Position numbers and translations under genes: made by a program | Source: Amphiscolops sp. MND2022 | Lineage: Eukaryota | Assembly (NCBI GenBank): GCA_964187785.1 | Contig: OZ076409.1 | Location: forward strand, 76,758,001 to 76,818,000 | Direction of reading: 5' to 3' | Length of the DNA: 60,000 nt | The notes under the pieces: model-generated | What the model was told of the DNA's origin: nothing | Database searches by the model: none | The model's input: the letters and a program-made list of their open reading frames with translations, nothing else | In this document: positions 10,559 through 20,965 of the stretch, in pieces | How positions within the stretch are numbered: the stretch's first letter is position 1 | Layout: the number at the start of each line of letters is the position of its first letter

Positions 10559-11796
10559 CCTGTTGAAAACACTTCAACAACCCTGGATCCTCCCTCTGAT
10601 ATATCTCCATCAGCTCCAAGTATTCCTTCCCCACCTGAATCTTCAGTATCTAGCACTACAAACTCTAGTAATGTAACTCCTACTACTCCTTCTAAAAGAC
10701 CAAGATCATACATCTCTGAAACTACCTCTTCCTCACTTCTTCACAGACCACCTATAACTGAAATTCCTATAAACACTCGTCCCCAACAAACTCCTATTAA
10801 CACTCCTATTATACACATACCAAACCCTGAAAGTGTTGAACAATACGTAACATACAAACATCCTACAGCTATCAAAACTGTTAGACTCCAACCTCAACTT
10901 AATCTTGTACAAATCCCTGATACTGAATATACAAAGCTACCTCCACTAAAATTACCTTCAGAACTTAGCACTACTCCTTCAAAACTTTATCCACCATTAA
11001 AACCTCTTCGAAAACCCTCTACATCACTCTCGAATCTCTTAGACAATAATACTTCAGACTACGCTCCATCACAAGACACAAGCTCACTTTTTGTACCTAA
11101 ACATAGATATAATCTTCGTGACCTTCACGTAGACTTAGTACAGACACTTCAACACTCAATTTTTCGACTCTTTCTAGCAATTCTGCATTACGACTTGTAC
11201 GACAACACGCTCAACCATTGTCCTCTGACACACCATCTTCAGAACTCTTTCAATCTCCTTGTTTTACTTCTGGTTTTGAAACCGCTTCAATACTCTCATC
11301 TAACCCACAGACTGCATTTCTATCAGAAGATCTCTTTCCACAAGTAGTAATCCCTACTCCTGTTCCTGCACATATTAGACTGCCCGAATACTATACTGCA
11401 GAACACTCTAGACCTCCAACTCCAAATTTTGCTGACTATCCACTTAGAGTCGATGGTATAACCATCTACGACCCACAAAACGATCCCCGATTTCCAATTC
11501 TTGCAGAACGTTTTATTAACAATAACGACCTCTTATCTCACAAACGCAAAGAAACAGAACTAAAACGCCTTCAGACATCAAATCTAGAACTTAAATTTGA
11601 AGTCAAAGTTATATTTCAAGGATTAAATCCACACACAATATTTCACGTTTCTAAGATAGAACATAAAACCTCTCCTGCTCCTTTCGAAGTAGTACATATT
11701 GAATTTGAACGCGATCTTAATATACCCACTATCACATATAGCAATATTGTCTTCTGTAACCCATATTCCGGTCTTAAATATACAACATCTTTTTAA
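10559..11796 (+). pseudogene. ORF-X: Pro/Ser/Thr-rich N-part with PSAP and LYPxL motifs plus conserved C-terminal domain (matrix/budding-like, unknown family); one frameshift near 11120
   Basis: An open frame from 10559 contains SPSAP (PSAP at 10607-10618), LYPPL (10985-10999) and RYNLR. The C-part (ORF 11218-11796) aligns with 47920-48444 (TSGFETAS, RFINN, LKFEV, NPYSGL.Y). Start codon not identified. Confidence 0.75.
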
Positions 11797-14446
11797 ACCC
11801 TATACAACCTTTTACATAACAACTCTAATTCTTTATTTACATTTATTTAACTCTACCTCTTCCATACCCATAACACCCTCTGACACTGACAACTATCTTC
11901 CATCGGATGACCCGAATATTACAAATCTCATGGTTTCTCATTATGACTGTGCAAAACAACACAATCTGAGACAATTTAATTTACTCAATGTAAAACAATG
12001 CACTGAAGCTCCTTCCGACATTAAACATGCAAGTGTTAAAGCCCGTGTATATGTCCGAGCAAAAGCTAAACGCATCAAAGCTTTTAAATGTGTTGCTTAT
12101 GCAAAAAAAGAAAGAAAAATATGCTTTCAAGGTTCCGTAAAACACCGTCGTGTTGATAGAACCGTATGGAATCATAATACATTACCGCTCCCTGTTACTC
12201 TTGATCCAGCAGAATGTAAAAACATTATACGACATTAAAATGGTACAAATAATAAAATACTGAATAACCTTCAATACAACAAAACCTTTACACTCTTAGA
12301 AGACCATTATTTTCAAGAACGTTTAGAACAATATCAAACTCCTTTCACTGTATATCAACTGAACAAAATGTATACAGGTACATTTACATTTATGCCTGCT
12401 GATAAAAACTGGATATATGACCCTACAAAAAACCCTTACCATAACTGTCCTGCTCATCATCAATTCGAAGTCAACTTAGTTAGTTGGCTACTAGAAGTTT
12501 CTGAAGTAGAACTTACATATGATGACACATCAAATGACATGATAATTGATGGACATACATTACCCTGCTATTTTGCAGATGGCTTCTGTAAACCCACTAC
12601 AAAAACTCCTTTTACTCTTGTTCGGTTTAATGATGATTATTGTCTAATTTTTACCCTACAAGACTTTATTGGACGTATGACTAAAATTGAAGATAGATAT
12701 TGGATTGAAACAGACTCTTTTGTACATTCTCCACATCCAATAAAATCTAAAACAGCTTCTGGCATAAAAGGTACAGAACACCCCTATGTTTATGCTCCTC
12801 ATACACAACACCCAAATAATCCAAGTCTTTCAAGGTTTGAAGTTTTCCCTACAGCACAAACCTTCTGTGGTAAACCAGACCCTCTTTATTCTACACAATA
12901 ATCAGACCTTTTTGTTACATACACTGATGGTTTCAATATGCATACAGGACAACCTAATCCTCATTCCATAATTGATGAATATATTTCTGGTAAAATAGTA
13001 TTGGACACTTCAAATAACAAATTTGTATTTCCTGCATTAAATGTATCAAACAATTTTGCTACCATTGATTATGATGCACATGTAAACACCAAAATCGATT
13101 ATACTATTAATCATGTCTTCCGATCAATGACAGTACAAGAACTAAATACTCTTCATACAATATGTGAACTAGAACGAAATCAACTCCTTACAATACTCGC
13201 AATGTCAGTACAAAACCCTCAACTTGCTGGTTTCCTTTTAACTGGTAATAGAAGTAACTTCTTATACGTTGAAGGCTCAACCGCCTGGCTTTATGACTGT
13301 CCTCATTTTTTATCTCCTTTATACAAAGCAGATAGATGCTTTGACCGTATACCCATACATTTTAAAGAAACCTTAATGTACGTTGATCCTATTACAAGAC
13401 AAACTTATGATTATGCTACACCAATTACATGCGATAATAATCCACGTAACATTATTGAACTAGATCTTGATTCAGACGATCAAGACTTTTACATTCTTGG
13501 ACCTGAACCTATCAAACGCAAACCTCCACTAATGTTTACACCCTCACAAATCAAAACTACAATACGCCCTAATACTTTTACAGCCCAAGATGCTGGTATA
13601 TATTCAAATGCAGAACTTGATCAATTTTGGAACCGTATTTTATTTTCTAAACATTCTGATTCTACACTCCAATTACTAGGCAAAGCTCTTAGTTATTCCT
13701 TCATTTCATCTAATACTCCAAATTACGATGCAGATTCCCCTCAAGATTCTGGTAATCCTTACAATACATTACGCATAGGACTCCATGATAAACTCTTGAA
13801 TTTAACTCCTCTTTTTACACCTACATGGTTTTCAGATGCTTTTATTGCACTTTTTGGATACCCTTGTTACATTCTCACACAATGTGGTATATACTTTTCT
13901 ACATTTCTTTTCGTACAAGCTACTCTTACACTCATTAAAAAACTGTACAAAACAATATCTATTAAATATAATCTCAAAAATAATATTACTTTACTTAGTT
14001 CTATAGCACATGGTTTTTTTAATGTTCTTACAGCACGAATGGTCAGTGACCTCCATGAGACTCAAAACAAAAAACCCAAAAGTACACTTTTAAAATCCAA
14101 ATCCTTAGATAATTTTATTGACACTTCTCCAAATTTAATTAACCATTCTACCGATGTTACTTCCCCTCCACCTTTCTATACTAAACGACCTAACAAAATT
14201 CAATTTCCTAAATTTAACTTCTTTCCGAAACGACACCACAATTCTCACCATAAAACGACTCCACTTCCTTTCTCTCCTGTTCAACATCCTACACTTCCTA
14301 ATTATACTCATAAAAACTTTCACTCGAATGACAATCTAACTACTCAACATGACACTTTAATTAACAATCCTGTCACTTCTACTACGGATACACCAATTAA
14401 AATTTATTCGCGGATAAACTATCCTTTTCCTCCTCCATCTTCTTGA
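11792..14446 (+). pseudogene. env: Envelope glycoprotein, class III fusion-protein-like (chuvirus G / herpes gB type), two premature stops
   Basis: ORFs 11699, 12368 and 12938 share one frame. Signal-like hydrophobic stretch, HYDC...NLLNVKQC, CELER.QL..ILAM...NP.LAG, CFDRIPI...YVDPITR...C, N-glycosylation sequons, C-terminal TM (ILTQCGIYFSTFLFVQATLTLI), long tail. Confidence 0.85.
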
Positions 14447-14705
14447 ACACTCTCTCAGTTTTTCTGTAACTCTCTTTCAGTACACTTGCCTACTATTTCT
14501 TCACAATTGCTACTCCTCCACCACTCGAAACTCTTGCAGAAGTTCATCTTCCTCAGCCCAATAATACTTTAATAATAACCGTCTTTAAAAACTCTCAACT
14601 AAAGTTGACAAATCCACTCGTTAGTGTAATTTATAGTACTTTAACTTTAAAGTGCTAAGGCCTCTTGGAATAGATAACACTGTGATTGTTGATGTTTTTA
14701 AAACA

Positions 14706-16033
14706 ATGACACAAGCACAAATTGACCTACAAACACAGCTTGAACAAGCAACCCCAACAGAACTAATAACTAGACCTCTTTCAAATGATTCTCCTGTTCT
14801 CTATATTGAGACTTCAGAACAAACACCTCCAACTTTTCTTGAACCAATGGAACACACAAAAGTTGAAAATGAAAATCCAAAACCTACTCCTTCACAAGAT
14901 GATACTGATCATACACAATCGACACCACCTCCTCCCAAAAAACGATATGAAATAATGAAAGATCCAATCTTTCTTTCATCACCAATATATCCTCCTTCAA
15001 TACCTTCAAAAATTTCACTTTGCACGAATCGCGATGATCATTTGATCTCAATTCTTTCTACTGACGATTTCGTCTTCAAAGCACAACTAACTTCTCTATA
15101 TATGCATCCTACTGACTATTCATTTCGCTTATATGACAAAAATCAAGACTTCTTCACATCCATTGCTTCCAAAATAATGGGTCCATACCAATATTGGCTC
15201 GAGAATGGAGTTAAAATTTTCTCTCTCCAATTCAATTTTCTTCGACCTTCTATATACGATCTCAAAACAGATGAATCTGATCCATCCTTTCTCTCTATAG
15301 CACAAAAAGCTACTCATCATCAGACATATACTAAATTCCTGCAATACACGAAACCACAAAATCATATTTTTGTCAATTACAAATATACATCACCGTTCAC
15401 AATGACAAATATGTACACTCTGGACCACTCCTGTATAACAGGCTACCTTCGGAACTATGACCCTATAAAACAATACTTCTGTTTACTCCCATATAACAAT
15501 ACTTCACGTCCACCTATTGTACCTCAAGAATATCTCATACATTACAATGATTTTTTGTTGCCCTGCAACATTCCTACTCAAATTGCAAAACCTCTTACTG
15601 TTATTAAACACCTCGTTTCTTCTCCACTTGACGATAAAGATAGAACGTACTATACAGTTTCTACAAGCAAACGTATTCATACAATGAATTCCTCTTTATC
15701 TCTGCCAAAACTATCTCTTTCATGGTACAAGCTGAACAAAAAACTGAACATAAATCACACGCTTCACCTATAAAAAACGCTCCTCACAAACTTTCTTCTG
15801 TATTAAACAACCGAACACTTCGCGACATAACAAATTTACTTGAACCCTATAAACGAAACTCCTCTTAAACACCTATCACAACACTCACACCTATACTACA
15901 CTGCTACGACAGAACACACAAACTCCTTCAGACACTCGATTTAGACTCTCAACGCATCACTCAATCATCCCAAGCAATCCAATCTGCTTTGGAAACTATA
16001 ACTACTCTTTTTAACTCAACTAATCTTCATTAA
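14706..16033 (+). pseudogene. ORF4: conserved accessory protein of unknown function (frameshift ~15670, stop ~15866)
   Basis: Aligns with 51038-52310 (LTS.YM.PT.Y.F, TSIASK, LRNYDP.KQ.F, RP.IVPQEYLI, YSY.E..FIS). Confidence 0.75.
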
Positions 16034-16451
16034 AATCTTCTACAGGTAATATAAAGTTCTTAATTTTTCTTCTATGGTACACCCTATGATACATCTGTGA
16101 CACATCCTTCAAGGTATTTTCATTTTTACCTACTTATTTAAGGTAAATTCTTGCTTTTGAATAAAATCTCAGGACTATTTTTCAAGTACACTAATTTTTC
16201 CTACAGTACATGTCGTAAAATTAACTATTTCTATTAAAAACACTACAATACAAGACATACAAGACAATATAGCACAACACTACATATGATACATTAAAGC
16301 ACCCAATTTTGTTGTACATCTTTGACTTGATATTGTCATTCTTCTTACACTTCCTTTGTTTTAGAAACATCCATTCTTCTTCCTCCTCCTTCCATTCTCT
16401 TTCAGAACATCTCCACTTCTCCTTTTTCGTCTTCTACAGGACTCTCTCGTC

Positions 16452-16904
16452 ATGGCCCCCAACGCTGAAATACAAGATATAATTACAATGATTTCCAGCC
16501 ACTCAAAAGTTGATAGCCTAAAAGCAGCTATTTTTCACACAATGGCCTACAAACTTTCCCTGGAAATAAACAACAATAAAATAACGCCAAAATCTCTTAT
16601 CGCCTTTCTGAAAGTCTTATATAATGTCACCCAAATCAAAAAGAAACACATTACATTTGAACAATATTCAAGGATTCATGTCGCCGGACCAAAAATTGCC
16701 ATTCGTGAAACGGCTTCTAATGTCGTTTTTGTGTTAAACTCGGCGTTCACGTCTAAAGACCAATACTTTCAAGCTGCCTTCCACGAAGCCACCAACGCAT
16801 TCAACGAGATGCTTCATAGTTTTGGATATACCCAGAAACTCGAACACTATGATCCTCACCAACATCAGGCACATCCACCTCAACAACATCCTCTATACAA
16901 CTAA
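16452..16904 (+). CDS. ORF5: 150-aa accessory protein of unknown function
   Basis: Intact ATG ORF in good context (GTCATGG) directly after a polypyrimidine tract plus CAG (16437-16439). Weak similarity ITFEQYSRIH to INFDQYLKLH at ~53030 in element B. Confidence 0.55.
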   Translation: MAPNAEIQDIITMISSHSKVDSLKAAIFHTMAYKLSLEINNNKITPKSLIAFLKVLYNVTQIKKKHITFEQYSRIHVAGPKIAIRETASNVVFVLNSAFTSKDQYFQAAFHEATNAFNEMLHSFGYTQKLEHYDPHQHQAHPPQQHPLYN

Positions 16905-17110
16905 AACAATATTCTACTTACTTTATCACTCTTCAACTCCATCTCTTCTTGAATCCGTCATTCTTCCTCAATGATGTTTGAGATGTAGCTGTCGCTCACT
17001 CCTTCAAAGAACTCCTACACATGCTGAAACTCTTCAATTCACCCATTCACGATGGTCAACAACATACATCTCCATTTTGGGTTCATCGACGTTGCCAAAC
17101 TTTGTCCTCG

Positions 17111-17225
17111 TCACTGGTCTTCACACTCCACGATGACTTCTTGACTGGTCTTCACACTTCAAATGCTGACTTCTTGACTGGTCTTCACACTTCAACTGCT
17201 GACTTCTTGACTGGTCTTCATACTC
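17111..17225 (+). repeat. 33-bp tandem repeat (~3.5 copies) in the 3' region of element A
   Basis: GACTTCTTGACTGGTCTTCACACTTCAACTGCT repeated. Confidence 0.9.
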
Positions 17226-18290
17226 CAATGGCCAATACAAATTTCAAACTGAACTGTATAATCAAATTTAACAAATATACCTTGTAACTCCTTGTAACCT
17301 ATCAAATTCTAACTTCCATATAGTATAGTGCTATATACTCTTATCTAATCTTTAGTGCTATATACTCTTATTTAATCTTAATCTCCTCTAATCGTAGTAT
17401 AATTACCCCTCCATTAAAAATAATCCTTCCCAAATTCTACCTATAATTATCCTTGTAACCACAATAGTATCTACTTCCATTGTATTGTGTATAGTACATT
17501 GACATTATCTTACCTAATTATAAACTCCAAAAATAAATCTCTAATCCCCATCTTTTACAGAACACAAGTCCTACCTACAGTACAAGAAATTTTCTAAGAT
17601 TTTTGAACAAAAATTTTTCTTTAACAAAACATGTTCTACACTTTTGTTTTAATCCCCAAAAGCATTCCCAAACAATTTTCCAAATTTTTCTTTAAAACTC
17701 TTAACAACTGTCACTTCTAGTTTTCCAATGTTTGAAACTTGAAATAGCCAAAGTTTTTTTCAACTCTTGCTTCTGCTCTACTATTCACTTTTGTTGAAAA
17801 TGAACTCTCACTCGAACCTTGACTTTTCGAAACTTCTTCACTTTTGGTTCACATACCCGCCAATGTTGGTTCACAACTCATTGACAACTTCACGCTTTAA
17901 TTCTTCAACTTGAAAAGTTTTCAATGCTGACTAACTCATGTTGATGAAGAATTTTTTCAAACAAGCCGATGGCTGATACGAAAAAGAAACATGAAATGAT
18001 AAATAGTTGTCAACAATAACTTCAAAGAACTTGTCAGTCAAAGAAACTGAAAGAACTTGAACCTTGCTTGAACCTTTTTGCACCAATTGAATCGTCTATG
18101 ACGTAATGACGTAAGAAGTCAAATCGTTTTAGGTTGTTCTCACTCCTTAAGTATGGTACTCTACAAAACAAAACTCATGCAACTCTAGTACAACACAAAT
18201 GAAACAAACCCATGCATATAACAAAAACTTCTAGAACTCCTCGAACCCAAACTGCATATATGTAATTTAATTTTTAAATTCCCGGTTGAT

Positions 18291-18691
18291 TGTGATGCCA
18301 TGATGCATGTCCTCAAAGATTCTATAAATTTGAAATACTCTGAACTCCTAACCAAACCAATTAGTAAATGTAATCTAATTTAGAATCTAAGAAACTTCAT
18401 TTAATAGATCCTGTATCAAGCTCCCCTGCTTCATCCTGTTGCTGTCACATTGTTAATTGATGTAATCTACCCTAGTTAATAGAATATATCTACTCGGAGA
18501 AATTGAGAATTCATCCTAGCAACCAGTCTTCCTCCCATACTTCAAGAACTGAGATCTCAGAAATAGATTGTACTCAGAACTAGCTAGCTACAAGATAAAA
18601 GATAAGACGACTTCGCTGTTAAAATCTTAGACTTCTTATGTCAGTACTAACACTTCTAAAAGAAACCACCACACAACTTTTTAACAGCTCA
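18291..18691 (+). repeat. 3' LTR of element A
   Basis: Direct repeat of 792-1192, followed by TSD TTCA. Confidence 0.97.
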
Positions 18692-19869
18692 TTCATCCTA
18701 TGCAATTTCAACCTATGCAATTTCAACCTAGGCAATTTCAACCGTTGCCATTTCAACTGCTCACAATTTCAACCTATTGCATTTTCAACCGTCCGCCAAT
18801 TCGACCTAAACTAATTTTGGCTAATGGATATTAATTAGTTGATAATTGTTTTAATGGTTTCAACTTTCATACATTTCTACTTTCAAAGGTGCTGATTATT
18901 ACGCCAGTTTTGATGTGTTTTGGCTTCTTCATGAATAATTACCAACAATTAAGGCTGTTTGATTCATTAGTAATTATTATACTGAAATAATAGCTCAACC
19001 GAATTAAAACTAAATAGCCGAAATTAGTTTAGGTCGAAATTGAGGACGGCTGAAAATTCAATAGGTTGAAATTGTGAGCGGTTGAAATCGCAACGGTTGA
19101 AATTGCATAGGTTGAAAGCGTATTGGACGAAATGTCATGTAACCTCAGAAACAAATATTTTCCACAGTATATACTGATTAACAAAAACCTTGAGCAAGAG
19201 AAACGCAGCGCAAAACGTCGGAGTCTTCATTATGTTCGGGAAAATTTCACTACCGAGACTCGTAATATTGGATGTCTGAACTAAAAATAAGCTTTTAGAA
19301 AAAATCAATGTCAAAATGGAAGAATGCTTTCAACGAGTTGAGAGATGGATTAAGTCATCGTGTATTGAAAGATTTCATACCGCAAAAGTTTCATTCATAT
19401 AGTTTTTATCCATTTTTCTATACAGGATAAAGCATACCAAAAACTTTGCTGTGCGAAAGTGCCGCAACTTCAAAGCTGTAACTTTGAAAGAACGAAACTT
19501 TCGCACTGCAAAATATTTTTACTCTGTGAATTTTCCAATTTCTCCTGAACGAACTCGCTGGTAATTTCCCGCAGAAATGAATCCCCTCCGGACAATTGGG
19601 AGGCAAAGAAACTTACATTCCGCCATTTTGCCACCACCTGTTGAAATATATCGATGATTCCGTCCTCACGCATTCTCGGGTTTTTTGCTCACGAGAAATC
19701 AAAAAAGTAAAAGATAATATACCCCATGTTTGTATTATGAATTTTCATGAAAATATGTCTGGTTGAAGTCGTTCAACATAATTTTTAATGAGCTCCACAG
19801 ATGCTTTAGTTAGGCTAGCCAAACTGTTTTAGTTTCGCACACCTTGATACAGGAGTCCCTTGGAATTGC

Positions 19870-20489
19870 ATTTTTAGTCGGCGCATTTTCCTTTAAGAAA
19901 AAAAGCCCGACTATTACAGTGGCTAGTTTTTTTTTCTTTTTTTTTCGTCAGACCACAGAGCTCATCGCGTATGTACCACTTTTTACAGAAACTGATAAGT
20001 TCACTCAGGCCAAGTTCGACCAAAGCAAACTTACTGCAAAGGGTCCCCCCTTTCGTTTTTTACCTTTTTTACGTAACCTACAAAACCGGAAGACTCCCTT
20101 TCAATTTTTTTCGGCACTGTGCGAATTTTTTTTCGAAAATTTTTAATTTTTCCAAAGAATCCCCCCTTCGGATTTTTTGATATTTTGCAACAGAAAGTAT
20201 GTTAATGAATCCCAAAGGGTCCCCCCTTTTCATTTTTCGGCACTATGCGACGTTTTCGTAGTTTTTTTCAAAAAAAATTTTCCAAAAATTTTTCAAAAAA
20301 TTTTCAAAGTTTTTTTGTTTCCAGTCGGGAAAAGTGATTTTCCAGTCATATCGAGCATGAAAGGCACACTTTGGGTGTCTCGAAAGTGTTTTCAAAGCTT
20401 TTCATGAATACATCCTGGGCATATTTAGAAAACTTTGAGCTTTTTGAGCCTTAGATATAGCGCCGACTTTAGACGTTCCCGTCTTGTTT
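19870..20489 (-). repeat. Second, inverted copy of the 121-607 repeat family
   Basis: The reverse complement of the right end reads AAACAAGACGGGAACGTCTAAAGTCGGCGCTATATCTAAGGCTCAAAAA. It shares the AAGGGGGGACCCTT internal motifs and AGTCGGCGC at the other end. Confidence 0.65.
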
Positions 20490-20490
20490 A

Positions 20491-20560
20491 GTATGGTGTA
20501 GTAGTTAGAGCATACGGCTCGCACTGGGATGGTATCAGGTTCGATTCTCTCTCAACTCAC
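20491..20560 (+). repeat. tRNA-derived (SINE-like) head
   Basis: A-box-like TGGTGTAGTAG and B-box GGTTCGATTC (20538-20547); no complete cloverleaf. Confidence 0.45.
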
Positions 20561-20965
20561 TATTGTTGGGCTTTAAGCAAGTCCTTCATTCATAGCCCAG
20601 TTGTGTATGGTCAATGACAAAAAATAACGCATGGCGGAGAAAAGCAAAAGAAAAAGAGCAACGGTGATCAGTCAGACCTTTGTGACGTTGAGCTAGTTCA
20701 AGTCATCCATTGCTTGACCATTTATTTGGCTGCAAATATGGAACCATAGTATTCGAATGGGCGCCGATTTAGAAAAGCAGCACTGCTTATTCGTTGTCCA
20801 CCCAACGGAATTGGACAAATTAACTTCTCTTTTTCCCTCTTTGAGCTTTGAGATGATTTTTGAATTATATTGCACCATTATGTTACCCCGCTATCCACGA
20901 TATCGATTACATACCTCAGAAAACACAGTTCTAACTACAACTTGACTTCTACAAACTGTTAAAAC

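Larger units (their letters stand above)
792..18691 (+). mobile_element. Giant (17.9 kb) env-bearing Ty3/gypsy LTR retroelement A, full length, mildly degenerate
   Basis: Paired TG...CA LTRs, 4-bp TSD TTCA (788-791, 18692-18695), PBS, and PR-RT-RH-IN domain order followed by extra ORFs. Confidence 0.97.
775..19144. mobile_element. ~470-bp foldback/MITE-type DNA element split by insertion of LTR element A
   Basis: 8-bp direct repeat TCAGAAAC at 767-774 and 19145-19152. The left end GGTGTCAGGATGTTTCA|TCC resumes after 18695 as (ATTTCAACC)-type subrepeats, mirrored by GGTTGAAAT subrepeats and GGACGAAATGTCATGTAACC at 19021-19144. Confidence 0.75.

Noticed and set aside
6116..12901. Several in-frame TAA codons fall at apparent Tyr positions (6116, 6533, 7032, 12899), hinting at a TAA=Tyr code
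   Set aside because: True ORF ends (pol, ORF-X, ORF4, ORF5) also use TAA, B has TAC/TAT at aligned sites, and Tyr codons are one substitution from TAA. Ordinary decay explains it.
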